This document shows, one piece after another, positions 37,762-50,944 of a DNA stretch of 64,000 nucleotides; position 1 is the first letter of the stretch, and each line of letters opens with the position of its first letter. A model generated the notes under the pieces. It did no database searches, was not told the origin of the DNA, and saw only the letters and a list, made by a program, of their open reading frames with translations. Where the stretch lies: NCBI GenBank assembly GCA_030390025.1, contig CM059432.1, forward strand, positions 66,094,001-66,158,000, in the 5' to 3' direction. This DNA is from Squalus acanthias (lineage: Eukaryota). A program made the position numbers and the translations under genes.

Positions 37762-40700
37762 ATGCAGCGCTTTAAGGAAAATAACAAATCAAATCGATGA
37801 AACAACATAATTATTGACACAACCAGACTTTAACAATAAGCAATCTGAGGACTACAGTAGAAGTCAATCATAAAATTCCAAAAGTTGTAGATTGTAATTT
37901 TTTTGAAAGGATACCGTGAATCACAAAATGCCCAACAGCTCTTTCTATGTCATAATATATCCATATTGGAAATTCACAAAAAATCAGGCGACATATGATG
38001 GATGACAAGTTTTTATTTTGGAAGTTTGAAAGAAACTGAGTACTGAGAAGTGTTATATTTCACAAACATGTTATCTAACTTCCAGTCAATTATTTATTTT
38101 TAGTGCTTACACCAATATGACAGAGTGGAGATAACAAAAGCACAATGTTCTAAAGATTTTGTTGCTGGTTCCAATTACATTTAGGGATAGAGTTTTGGTG
38201 TGTGAACTTTGGATAATTGTATTAGATGTCATTATAGAAACAAAGATTAAACACTAAAATCTATATTAATATATTATACAGCATGTAAACATCGCATTCT
38301 CTTCCCTATCCAAATTTTGAATGCACAATTATTTTTATCTTAAACATTTTCAGCTCTTTTGAATACTTCAGTTGAGATTATTTAAAAAAAATCTATTATG
38401 CTAATATCAGGTTCGGAAAGAGGGCTGTTAATTGGACACCTTCCTAAAATTCCATAACTAAATATACACATCTATTTCAAAATATCAAAGGCATTTAATA
38501 ATGTTCATGTTACTTCCATTGTAACTTCAAGTTTAAACCCTCAATTAGCAGAGGAAGAGTACAGTGTCCCAAGGAGAATGGCTTTCACTATCAGTCAGTT
38601 TATACGCAAATATAGTTGTATTACTGAGGCAACATATTCTTGTAATGTCCACTGGACCATGTCAGAAAAAGGGTGTCTGTATAATACCGACTTCAGTCCT
38701 ACTTTTTCTGTTTAGTGACAACTGCACAAGTAGGATATGAAGATGGCTTTAGGGAAAACTAGTTTTTCAATCTTTTGTTTATTAATACTGAACCATTGCT
38801 TGTATGTTTCACTGCATGGTCACTGTCTTTTTACATTTCTTCAAACACAATATACGGCATATAATTAACAGCAATGCATAGTTTGATCTTAAATGAACCC
38901 AGTGGCTATTTGTGCAATGAGAGAAGTTCCCTACACACAATGACTCTTGATTTAATATTTTATCCCACTTTAAGGACAAATGTGTTAAATGATAAAAGGC
39001 TAAACTTTTTGTAATCCTTCAAATCTCACAACAGCAGTCACAATACAGTTTTCCAGGCATCATCTACCAGTTCGAACAAAGACATTCATTTGCAGGCTGT
39101 TATTTATCTGTTTGACAATCTGTTTGTTTTAAAGGATATCATTATTTGGATTTGACAGACAAAGTCTTGCATACTGCAAGCTCCAAAGGATATTCAGAAC
39201 TCCAATGGTTAATGCAAATGGATTTATGATAAGCTTCAGGCCAGTTGTCCCCTCATTTATTAGCCCAGCTGATAGAAGAGATTTGATGAGGCACTTCTGG
39301 CATAATTGAGTCATCACACAAAGAAGCCTGCTAGCATTCAAAGTGGTTTTTATCAGCAGCAAACAGGCCTGATTACTGACAATTACACTCTGATCCATGG
39401 GGTAAGAAAGAGTAGGCAAAAGAGTGGGAAATCTCCACATGTTTATACCCAGGCATAATTTCTACATTCATTTCACATACTGCGTGTTTTCTACACAAAC
39501 ATAATAAACTGTAAACAGCAGTGGATGTTACAATTTACCTCAATACCACATTGTAATGAAGGCGTCAGTGGCCATCTGTAAGTTGAATGTGATGCAACAA
39601 CTCCAGCAGGGCAAGCATTTCATACTGTTTGCTAGAGTACAATCCAACAAGCAGAATAATAGCAAATGCTGACCTTATTTTATTTGCTTGTTTTGCTATA
39701 GGTTATAATCAACCAAAAGTCAAGGAAGTCCAACACTGTGTGGACTACATTGTTTTTCCACTGACCAAAGAAAATCATATAATAATAGCAATGTTTTGGT
39801 GTGTGTGAGTTGTAGTTGTTAACCTTCGGTCTATCAAACAAATACCTACTCTAGTTAGCACAATGCTGTGCATCTGTAATGGGTTAAGAGAAAAATAAAT
39901 TATTCTTGTTCTAAGGTACTTTTAAACAATGATAAAGCTCTGTATTGTGGCATAAATACAAACAAGAACAAATTATTTTTCCAATTAAATTGCTAGATGA
40001 AGAAACACCAGAAGGAATATTATAATATAAAATACTTAGAAGTGTACTCTTTACTGGAGTGTATCAACTAGCTGATTTTTTTGTGAGCCCAGCAATGCTA
40101 ATAAAGTAACCTTGGATACTGTGGCACAATGTATTTATTTTATCTGTGCAAATACAAGAGAAAGTAGAAAGGGAAAATGTGGAAAGTTTGAGTCGTTGGT
40201 TATCACTTTTGAATTAAAGAAAGATTAAATTCACAGTGACTCATAATTCTATTGGCAAAATTTCATCCTTATGCATGTTATTGGTGACTTTACTAATGGT
40301 TTTTAGTCTCATGGTGCCAAAAAAGTATCTCATTCGGTGATGCAATGCAGAATTACGTGGCATAGAATTAATATTTAAATCCTAATTTAAATATCTTCTG
40401 CTACATTTCTGTGCCACCGCTGGCATTACTGTGCTGAATGTGCAGTCACATATGATAATGGAAGTTAAAGAGGCATGACTGCCATTCAGGACCCCTGCCT
40501 GGTGAAGGACAGGGGTCCTGGCAAAGTTTGGAAAAAAAAACAGTAAAAACAGAGAAATGGCAGCATTGTGCCACAGTCTTCAAGGTTACTTTATTGCCAT
40601 TGCTGGGCTCACAGAGAAAAAAATCAGCTATTTGATACACTCCATTAAAGGAGGGATTACCTATCCCGCTTCTCCACAGGGGAACTGTGGCAAAATCCTG

Positions 40701-41427
40701 CCCTGCCAGTAATTGGGGATGGATTGGGAAAGAGGATATGAAAATACACCATTGTATTTGTGTTCCGGTAAATAGAATTAGCGCCACATGTAATGGTATA
40801 AATCAAAGGAGTAAAATATCACTATATGTTTGTTGTAAATATCTCTTCATTGTGTGCAACTAGTTTGTGGATTTAATATTTTGCATTAAGTGTATTCAGT
40901 GACGATTTTGTGCTTGAGCTACAAAGACTACACATGAATCAGAAAATCATATTTACAGACCACCCCAGTGCCTTCTTACAAAGGTTGGAGAGTGGTTTGC
41001 ATAAAATGTAATTACACAAAATAACAATAATGTAAGTATTTCAATGACTGACCCTTAGCTTTCTGTTAAGGTAAATGAAAAAAATTGCTCGAAAAGTACT
41101 TTGCTTTAAATGTCAAAAATAAAGTGGTGTGAGCCATATTAAAAGGGGAGGCGTGTTCATATTTTGTCTCATTATTTTCTAATTGAGTATCATTTCTGTA
41201 AGTACTGTTACAAAAATTCTCCTGTAACCTGTTGAACAAATAGGTGACTGGCAGTGAGTGTTAAGGTGATAACTCAGTTCAGTGCTTCTCATGATCGAAA
41301 GCAAAAGAATAAAGCTCAAGCAGTTTGCCATCAACTAAACCCCGAGTCTAAGTTACAGATTTAAACCTACTAAAAGCTTGTATTCATTCTCAGTAACATA
41401 AGTTGCATGTTCTGTTTGAAATAATAT

Positions 41428-43185
41428 AGCCGGGATTTTGCGGGCGTCAGCGGACGCGATCGGTGGCGGGTCAGGTGGGAAAGTGATTTTTTTTCACAGC
41501 AGACCGGGACCCCGCTGTGAACCCACCACCATGCACCTTTCCCGATGTCGGGTCTGTCAGCTCAGTGCAGACCTGACACGCAGTTGCGGGGGACCCAATT
41601 CAGGTAATTAGTGGTTTCTTTAGAGCCACTTAAGATTGATTTTCAGCTTACCTTTCGCATTTGACAGCTGGCCCACGGGGTCCACACTGTCAAGCTGAGG
41701 CGGGAGTTCAGTGGCCATTGAATCAGCTGTTGAGTTGACAGCTTGAAATGTAAAGTAAAAGCTCCCACCTTACAGACTTATCTTCCCTCAGCCACAAGCA
41801 GTTCCTCACTGCATTCCACAACAGATTCACCATGTTGCAAGTCTTTACACAAGTCTCCATCCAGGTTGACCTCATTACCTCTCTCACTATTGACAGATTG
41901 CTTCGGTCATCTCTACTTCACCTGCCATCTATTACATCAGCATGGGTGTCCTTTATACTCTCTCACCTTGGTCCTCAGAATCCCATCATGATCAGCCCCA
42001 ACACCAGCAGCACCAGGCACACCAGCAGCACCAACAACAACACCAACCTTCTCCGCAATCAACTGATGCTGCACAGGACACACGGCATCAGCACCCGACC
42101 ACATTGCTGCCTGGGAGGCCAGGGATGGCCTCACCATGGCCAGATTTACTTCTCTTGATGTTGTACACCCTGGCTGCCACATGATGCACCAGGTTGGCAC
42201 CACCCCACACCAGCACCATAAAGCATCCCTACAATGCCCAAGCCATTCCTTTCACACTCATCACCATTGTAGGGGGTACCGTTATGTCTCACCATTCACT
42301 GCAACTCACTAAGCCACTTCCAAAGGTGCACACAAATCTGTTCAAGAACGCAAAGTGTTGAAAATAAAGATTTCAATGAATGACACCACATTAACAGAAA
42401 CTTTACATGAACATTGCATAAAACGCCCAAGTGCCTACCCTTGTGTGTTGTTAGTTGGTATGATTGCACTAGGATGAGGGTGATTGTGAGGGGTGGCTAG
42501 TGAGATGGAGATGTGATAATATAGATAGAGAGGTCCAAGGTAAGTTGGTGTGAGTAAGGATGTGCAGAAGTAGGGTAGGGAAGGCAGAGTTATGAGGATA
42601 TGATGAGAGATACAGCAGGATGAGGCTGAGTGTGGCTTTGTACTAACGTTCTGTGATCTACTGAGATTATTGAAACATTTGCGGCACTGCACCCAGGTCC
42701 TTCTGACCACATCCCTGCTTGTGCCTCCTCTGCAATGTGCAACCAGGCTGTGTTAATCTCAAAGGGAAGTCTCTTCTGCCCATGGGAAGGGAAGAGGACC
42801 TCCCTGCATGCTGTGACTTCCTCCATAAGCATATGGAGGGAGTCATGGGAGAGCCTGGGTGCAGCCATGTGCCTTTGTGCAGTGATTGTCAGTGTTTGCA
42901 GCACCTCAATGCTGTTGAACACTGACAGCACAAATGCCAAAATAAATTTGGCCATGGTCCCTTTAAGGAAACCGGCTGATGACGCGTCATCAAATTACAT
43001 CACCAGACCTGCTTCCTCTAATTGGCTGGCAAACGCGCTGGGAGGGCTTAACAAGTGCAATCAAGGGAAATTTATTCTACACAGAGCGGGATGGAGCCAG
43101 CAGCGGGGTCGGGACCCGCCACCGACGTCGCCCGCCACCGATGTCGCTTGCCCTGGACCCGCCAAGGTTAGCAAAAATTACAGCC
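41428..43185. mobile_element. Internally deleted Harbinger related to element D
   Basis: Transposase N-terminus MGVLYTLSPWSSESH (cf. MGAAYTVSPWSSES in D) is fused at ~42090 to the transposase 3' end. Myb exon 1 on - (MAAPRLSHDSLHMLMEEV...RTWVQCRKCFNNL). Ends agccgggatttt / aaaattacagcc. Confidence 0.88.
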
Positions 43186-43379
43186 TTTCTGGTCTTTGTT
43201 ATTATGCAGCTAATGCACTGAGTGAGGTAAAAGTGGCAGGATATAGTTGAAAGGTTAATATCAATGACAGTGATATAGGGCCTGTAGGTATACAGCATCA
43301 CTAATTGGATGTTAAAGTGCATAGGAATACTTTACAGTAAGCGCCAAAAATATTTTTAAAAGTAGTTTTACAGGTTAAA

Positions 43380-43495
43380 TTTCCCTCCATTACAACACTG
43401 ACTAATTTCAAATGTACTTAACTGGCTTTGTAGCACTTTGGGTTGTTCTGAGTTCATGGAAGATGCTATATAAATGCAAGTCATTTCCTTTTCAT
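43380..43495 (+). mobile_element. DeuSINE 3' tail fragment
   Basis: actggctttgtagcactttggg...atgctatataaatgcaag. Confidence 0.6.
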
Positions 43496-43680
43496 TTTAA
43501 ATTGTGATATTTAATAACTCAGTAAAGAAAGAATGATACAAGGTGATGAGTTAATGTTACGTGAAGTCTTCGCTTGTCTTTTAATTGCATGTCTCGCAAA
43601 GGTAAGTAGATTTGTGTCTCTATATAGATCATTGGAGTGGTCATGTAAAATCTTAGCTATTAGGTTCTGTTGTACTTTTA

Positions 43681-44461
43681 GGGGGGAATTTTGCCAGCCC
43701 AGGGGAGGTGGGTACGGAGGCGGGACTGCCGGGAAAATGGCAGGAACTGGGAGCGGATACCGAACCTGCTCCCAACCCACCTCCGTGCCATCTTCCCGGG
43801 AAGCGGGTCCCCGAGTCGCGCAGGGACCCGTCTCCTCGAGGCGGGAAGAGGATGACAGCCAATTAACTGCCTGTTAACAGGTAGTTAACAGGCAGTTAAG
43901 AGGCTTATCCCGATTTTACCCCTGCAAGTGCGGGCTTCCCGACGGCTGCGAACCTCGCCAGGGTCAGCGAGGCGAGCAGTGGGTTTACGGGGGTGAGAGG
44001 GATCGAAAAGTCCGCTGTGGAGGTGAGTAATGGGTGCAAGTATGGAGAGGTAAGTATGTGAGGTGAGTGTGAAGTGTTAGAAAAATTTCCTTACCTTTGT
44101 TTCTTCCTGCAGGCTTCAACCCTTGGGGATCCGGAGGTGCCTCATCTCAACGGCAGAGATGACAGAATGGCTGCTGCATTCTCAGATACAGCGGCCATCT
44201 GATTTCTGCTGAGGAAAGAGGTTTGGTGAGTCTTTGTGCAAGGGCTCACCTTAGAACAGAGATTGTCAGTGTTTGACAGCTTCTCAAAGCTGTCAAACGA
44301 TGACAATTCATCTGTCAAAATTTTGACAGATGAAACGTCATACGCTGACGTCCTCTGTCACCGGCTTTCCCTTAATTGGCCGGACGTCGTTGGGGGCGGG
44401 ACTAAAACCTGAAAACCAGCAGTCTCGCCCCCAATGCGCCCCCATTGACAAAATCCAGCCT
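43681..44461. mobile_element. Harbinger-type non-autonomous element
   Basis: TIRs ggggggaattttg / caaaatccagcct; TTA TSD; homologous to 14848-15478 but with ~190 extra internal bp. Confidence 0.85.
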
Positions 44462-44642
44462 TTAGTGAAGGAAAGTGCATGGATCTGTGTGTCTCCTGTG
44501 CTGGGATTTTACTCAATAAACAAATATTAGTTAATTTTTGTCTTCCCGCTCCCTTTTTTTTACAGGCGTCAAAGTAATGGCGGGATTGTCTGGTGATTAC
44601 TGAATGTTCTCGTCAGGCAGTTAGGTTAAAATTGGAGCTTTT

Positions 44643-45060
44643 GGGGGCAAAATTCCCCTCGTTTGCGCCTCCAATGGCTTTGCACCCCCCGAGGCGATAA
44701 CTGCACCTCCCGCAAAATTCCGCAGGAGGTTAGTGGCAGTGCTATCGGGTAGCGCCCCGATCTTCTGCACTCGGAGATCATGACATCATCTCCGGGCGCA
44801 GCGCCCTGGTAGCACCTCGGGAGAAAAATTCCCCCTCGCATCCCGCAGCAGCGCCGGGCGATGTTACCTGACTGCTGTAGTGGTCGTGAACAGTAAGGCT
44901 GACCGATCGCGGGGCACCATTTAGAGGCGCAGCACTCCCGCACCCCGGTGCTCCACCAGATGCCAAAAAAAATGCAGAGCTCGCAGCGGGGAGCCCTTCC
45001 CTTTAATTGAGGGAAGGGCCCCTGCACTAGTGACATGGTATGTGCCTGCGACTGCGGTGC
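44643..45060. mobile_element. Truncated Harbinger MITE (family of 22681-23397)
   Basis: ggggcaaaattcccctcgtttgcgcctcc...cccgcaaaattc...cccttccctttaa..gagggaagg is collinear with 22681-23180. Right TIR absent. Confidence 0.7.
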
Positions 45061-45074
45061 ATTTACATTCCTCA

Positions 45075-46320
45075 GCATTCAGTACACTCAACAACACTAT
45101 CCTCCTCCATCATCCCTCCTCTGGGATCTATCCCCCTGTCAATGCCCCTGCATGGTTCCATTCCTAACTATGTCACTGCAAAGGCTACTCTTCTCCTGCT
45201 CACATGGTCGCTTCCAATGTGCTCCAAAGTTCCATCCTTGGCCTCCTCATCTATAAGTTGCCCTTCCTTTAACAAGATAATTTGTAACCATGGAGTCAGC
45301 ACTCATATGTATGCTGACTATACTCAGCTTTACCTCTCTACTACCACTCTTGATTCCATGACTGTTGCTGTGCTGCCTGACTGGATGTCCAACATATCAA
45401 GTATGGATGAGCCAGAACTTTCTGAACTAAGAACATAAGAAACAAAGAATTAGGAGCAGGAGTAGGCCATAAGCCCCTCGAGTCTGCTCCGCCATTCAAT
45501 AACATCATGGTTGGTCTTCGACCTCAACTCCACTTTCCTGCCCGAACCCCATAGCCCTTGATTCCCCTAGAGTCTAAAAATCTATCTATCTCAGCCTTGA
45601 ATATACTCAACAACTAAGCATCCCCAGTTCTCTGGGGCAGAGAATTCCAAAGATTCACAACCCTCTGAGTGAAGAAATTCCTCCTCATCTCAGTCTTAAA
45701 AGGCCTACCCTTATCGTGAGACTATGCCCCCTAGTTCTAGATTTTCCAGCCAGGGGAAACAATTTCTCAGTATCTATCCTGTCAACCCCCCTCAGAATCT
45801 TATATGAAGCTTAGCATTGTCAAGACTGAAGCTATCCTGTATCATGTCTACCATGCCTTAGCTCTGGTCCCAGCCTCCTTCCTGGATGTTTGCTCAAGTT
45901 CGACCCGATGGTTCATAAGCTCAGAGTCCCACTCAACCGTGAACCAAGCTTCAAGTTCCACATCCAGTCCATCACCAAGACCACTTACTTCTGTCTCCAA
46001 GATTTATCCATCTCTACCTCACTCCCAATGCTGTTGCAACCTTTTTTTTATACATTATCACTTCAACCATGACTTTTCTAATGTCCTTCTTGCCAGCCCC
46101 CTGACCTCCCCCCGTCCCTACATCCTTGCTCAAACCTCTGCTCTTCCATTTCTGGTTTACTAAGTGTTGCCTGCTTCCTTCACCCTATAATCAGCACATC
46201 GGCCATCTTTCCCATACTCTGGTACTCTCTCCCTAAAACCCTTCATTTTGCTATGCCGTTACCATTTTCAAAAGCCTCCTTAAAACCTACATCTTTGATC
46301 TTGTGTTTGGTCACATCCCA
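45075..46320 (+). mobile_element. Old L2 LINE RT/3' fragment
   Basis: HGVSTHMYADYTQLYLST (YADD-like), KLSIVKTEAI, FKFHIQSITKT, and aagcctccttaaaacctacatctttga (cf. ~28080). Interrupted by a CR1. Confidence 0.75.
45428..45803 (-). mobile_element. CR1 3' fragment nested in L2
   Basis: Reverse complement of the CR1 3' end at ~10500-10870; aagaacataaga tail at the left. Confidence 0.88.
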
Positions 46321-47014
46321 CAGCTGAAATACCTGGGAACCAGACACCAATCATCAATCACCGATCTGGAAGACAGTGTCAGCCTCCATCTCGATTGAAG
46401 GACTATTTGTTTTTACAATGCCTGCTTGTGATTATGTGCTTTGTTTCAGCTAAATTTCAGAGTTCCACTATGTATGTTTTCATTTGAACTCTGAAATGGT
46501 TAGATATATCTTTTTCTGTCAGGGGAATCATATGATGTCGGTGCGTGGCATCTATGTCATCTGCACGTGACTCGCTCTCTCCTCTGTGTGCGTTCTGGTA
46601 AAGCAGCAAACTTGTGGAGCTCTTGGAGCTCCTGAACAACTGTAAGTTAACTTGTTATTTTATATGCTTAATAAAACGTTGATACTTTTTCGAACAATGC
46701 ACGGCTACGTCTACCTATTTAAAGAGGTATTGACACATAAACATAAGTTGTTGCTTTTCACATAACTGATAATGAAACTCTAAGTCTTGGGACAACAACT
46801 CTTGAAAGAATGACATTTGTTGTACGCCAATACCCTAATGGGTAGGATTGTTGTAACTGGCAAGTAGGAAGTTTACCAGTGATAAAACTGTACCGTTTTA
46901 GCTGATTAAATTCTAAAAATACTCTTTAGTCTATGCCTAAGTTCTCTTCACAGGCAAATGGAAACTCAACTTATGTGGCTTTCTGAGTAGTATGGTTGGA
47001 ATCTTGTAAATATA

Positions 47015-47760
47015 GGCCTAGAATTTCCTGGATTGCACTTATGCCAGTTTCAACACCGATCTTGCTGATGGGAACTTACGTCAAAATTTCCTGTGGAGCT
47101 CATTTGTCTATGCTGGAATGTAAATACCAGCATAAAACAACTGCAGCACCACCAATAGGAGGAATAGTGAGTGGGCATCTGTCTTCTGCCATGGTGCCTC
47201 ACTCTCGGAGCCTCTTGCCTCTGCTGCTCCTCTTTCTCGCATTATTATGCAGAACTGGGGTATCCCCATTGGGAAGGCCATTCCAGCTGCTTAGTCCTTC
47301 TGAATGTGTTGGGGGTCAGAAAACATTTGGGTGCACTGAGACTAACAGCAATTTGGTTCAGTATAATGCAGGTCTCTGTCGGAAAAGGTCAACATAAAAA
47401 AGCGCGAAGAAAATCGCTATCAAACCCCAGAAAACTCAGTTACACAGATATCAGGTGACATGGAGCACGCTGTGCCTAAGTTTTTGGGCATGAATCTACA
47501 CCAGCACATGGTGTAAATGTAGGAACTTGCATGAGCATATTTTTTGCATGGCACAGAGCCATGCAAATGAGAAGTAGAGGGTTCCGTCGGATATATCTCG
47601 GAAGCGGCGCAAACGATCGAGGAAATTCACGCATACCGATGTTTCATCATAAAACCGGCATGAATCAGTTATGCGTGAATTTCCTCGGAAACATACAGTG
47701 CAATGCCACTTTTACACCGTAATTATGCTGAAAAGTTCTCGGATAATGGCTGGCCAAAAG
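47015..47760. repeat. Degenerate MITE-like element with internal hairpin
   Basis: Starts ggcctagaatttcc. Perfect 18-bp inverted repeat cgaggaaattcacgcata at 47618-35 / 47670-87. Confidence 0.5.
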
Positions 47761-47809
47761 AATTGTCTATGTCTGCCTAAGAGTTGAACACTGCTCTCAT
47801 AACTGTCAT

Positions 47810-49130
47810 AAGGTGTCATCAACAGTGCTATCAAGTGGCACTTACTCACCTGTTCACTGATGCCCAGTTTGGGTTCCGCCAAGACCACTCGGCTCCCGAC
47901 CTCATTGCAGCCTTGGTCCAAACATGGACAATGGATCTGAATTCCAGAGGTGAGGTGAGGTGAGAGTAACTGCCCTTGACATTAAGGCAGCATTTGACCA
48001 AGTGTGGCATCAAAGAGCCCTAGCAAAACTGAAGTCAATCGGAATCGGGGGGAAAACTCTCCACTGGCTGGAGTCATACCTAACACAAAGGAAGATGGTT
48101 GTGATGGTTGAAAGTCAATCATCACAGTCCCAGGACATCGCTGCAGGAGTTCCTCAGGGCAGTGTTCTAGGCCCAACCATCTTCAGCTGCTTCATCAATG
48201 ACCTTCCCTCCAACATAAGGTCAGAAATGGGGATGTTCGCTGATGACTGCACAGTGTTCAGTGCCATTCACAACTCCTCAGATAATGAAGCAGTCCCTGC
48301 CCGCATGCAACAAGACCTGGACGATGTTCAGGCTTGGGCTGATAAGTGGCAGGTAACATTCATGCCACAGAAGTGCCAGGCAATGACTATCTCCAACAAG
48401 CGAGAGTCTAACCACCGCCCCTTGACATTCAACGGCATTACCATCACCGAATCCCCCACCATCAACATCCTGGGTGTCACCATTGACCAGAAACTTAACT
48501 GGACCAGTCACATCAATACTGTGGCAACAAGAGCAGGTCAGAGGCTAGGTATTCTGCGGCGAGTGTCTGACCTCCTGACTCCCCAAAGCCTTTCTACCAT
48601 CTACAAGGCACAAGTCAGGAGTGTGATGGAATACTCTCTGCTTGCCTGGATGAGTACAGCTCCAACAACACTCAAGAAGCTGAACACCATCCAGGACAAA
48701 GCAGTCCACTTGATTGGCACCCCATCCACCACCTTAAACATTCCCTCCCTCCACCACCAGCGTACCGTGGCTGCAGTGTGTACCATCTACAAGATGCATG
48801 GCAGCAACTCGCCAAGGCTTCTTCGGCAGCACTTCCCAAACCCGCAACCTCTTCCACCAAGAAAGACAAGGGCAGCAGGCGCATGGGAACACCACCACCT
48901 CCAAGTTCCCCTCCAAGTCACACACCATCCTGACTTAGAAATATATCGCGGATCCTTCATCGTCACTGGGTCAAAATCCTGGAACGCCCTCCCTAACAGC
49001 ACTGTGGGAGTACCTTCACCACACGGACTGCAGCGGTTCAAGAAGGCGGCTCACCACCACCTTCTCAAAGGCAATTAGGGATGGGCAATAAATACTGGCC
49101 TTGCCAGTGACACCCACATCTCATAAACAA
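47810..49130 (+). mobile_element. 5'-truncated second copy of the tRNA-headed LINE family; RT C-terminal half open
   Basis: ORF 47960-49078 (372 aa): LDIKAAFDQVWH, GVPQGSVLGP, FADD, YKAQVRSVMEY. Collinear with 7625-8547 plus 10875-11260. Confidence 0.95.
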
Positions 49131-50944
49131 TTTTTTTTTTTAAACTAACTGGAGAAGGTTTTCTAACACTTCTCTCGCACTGCAAGAGCGTATACAAGAA
49201 AAAGTGTGTCAGAGAATACTCAATCCCTCTCTCAGCTTTCACCTTCTGCCTCCAACCACTCTCCATCCATCACAAATTTTTTCAATCTTATTTTACTACT
49301 ATGGCCAGCCCTCCTTTGAACTTTCCTCTCTTGATTCTCTTAAATTAGAAATATGTCATTCTGTACAGTGTTCTTCACTGTGTTGAAATTAAGACTTATT
49401 GCATGGTTTCCTACTCTAATTTATTCTTTCCATGACCTCAAAACTGTGGAGTTTCTTACCTCCCTCAGTCATCCTAGGGGTCAACTAATCACTACTTCTT
49501 GAGGTACCTCATCTCTTGTCTTCTTTTCAACTTTGATTGCTTCCTTCACTATGGGCCTTGGCCCTTCTCCCTTTAAGAAAACAGTAAGCCATGACAATAG
49601 CTAATGACATTTTGCAATACCACCAATAAATTCCCTTATGGTGCTCTCCATTTGCTATTTCACATGGCATATTTACTTTGCACTTTACCATGGTGGGTGC
49701 AGAGTGGGTGGGGAGATGGGAATGGGATTCATGTTGTGTCCAGGTACTGTCAACTCAATTTTATTTAACAGAAATTGGTTAAAATTGCATTTTGTGATAT
49801 TAGCAACAAACTTGTTAATGTGTTTGGATGAAATTCCTCTGTCTGCTACTTTAACAAAGACATTAATCTGTTTCAAAAATGTTAAAAGAAGAAAACGGTG
49901 AACAAAACAAATTGATATGAATATGCTTAGTTTCATTATTGATATCACACAGCATCATTTCAACTCACAAGTGTTTCACCTGCTATCCCTTACATTTTGT
50001 CATTGCAGGGTGGAAATGGCCACAATAGTTATACTGTGCAAATCCATTTTCTTCCCAACATTCTCAGGCGCTGATGGGAAATTTCCCAGGAAATTGTTAA
50101 TGTTTATTTGGTGACACAAATTGAATACAAAGGAGGGTTACTTGATGTACTGTGTAGCAGTGTGTCAGTGCCCCTGCCAACTCACACATGAAAAATAAGA
50201 TCCAGTCTTAAATATCTGGTCGCTATCCAATCAAAGCAAAACAAAAGCATCTCCTAGGAATGCAAATCTGGGCCCAAAATCTATATTCATGAAAACTTGG
50301 GCAGTTTGGCAGAATCAAGGTAAAATCAAAACCTGCGTGAATTCATTTATTTTTTCAAAATGGAAACCTGGAGCTGTACCAAGTTTTTCCTTTGCTATTA
50401 AGTTAGAGATGGGATTAGTGAATTTAACACTTCAGATTTGATCTGAGGCTGTTCGGTCATTTCTAGTATCTTACACAGTGCATCATGCAGTACACTCGAA
50501 CTGTAGCAGCATCAACTTACAGAGCAGTTCTCGATGATGTATGTGTGTGTGTTAGAATCTTCTAGTCAACAAAAGGATACCAATAAACAACACACTAACC
50601 ATTCAGAAAACAGCCTTCAACAACTACAATTCTTTATAATACACAAGCAAAGTTTTTCACCACAGCATATTGCATGTCATGTCTTCGAATTGTAATGAAA
50701 ATGGCATTTGTGTAGAATTCAGATATTACAGTTGAATATTGCAGTCCACTGATGGTACCCAAATAGACTTGGATGGAAAGAAACATGAAACAGGTTTGTT
50801 TTAAGTGCTAAATTCCCACTAGTACTGTAGTAGAGATCTGTATGTAAATGCGACCAACCCACTGCTTTTTTTCTGCCTGCACCTGATGGTGATACTGAAT
50901 TATCAATGCCATTTTGGAGAAGAATCACTGATTTAACACTAATT

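Noticed and set aside
39538..39574. 37-nt minus-strand exon candidate (ttacag|ATGGCC...GAG|gtaaat)
   Set aside because: It has a stop in the relevant frame and only moderate splice sites; it could be a UTR exon but is unsupported.
47960..49078. 372-aa RT ORF as a domesticated gene or active element
   Set aside because: It is a 5'-truncated LINE copy lacking the endonuclease and the RT N-terminus; the open frame is adequately explained by young age.
49180..49560. Pyrimidine-rich block possibly from an old L2
   Set aside because: No translatable diagnostic motif could be found by eye.
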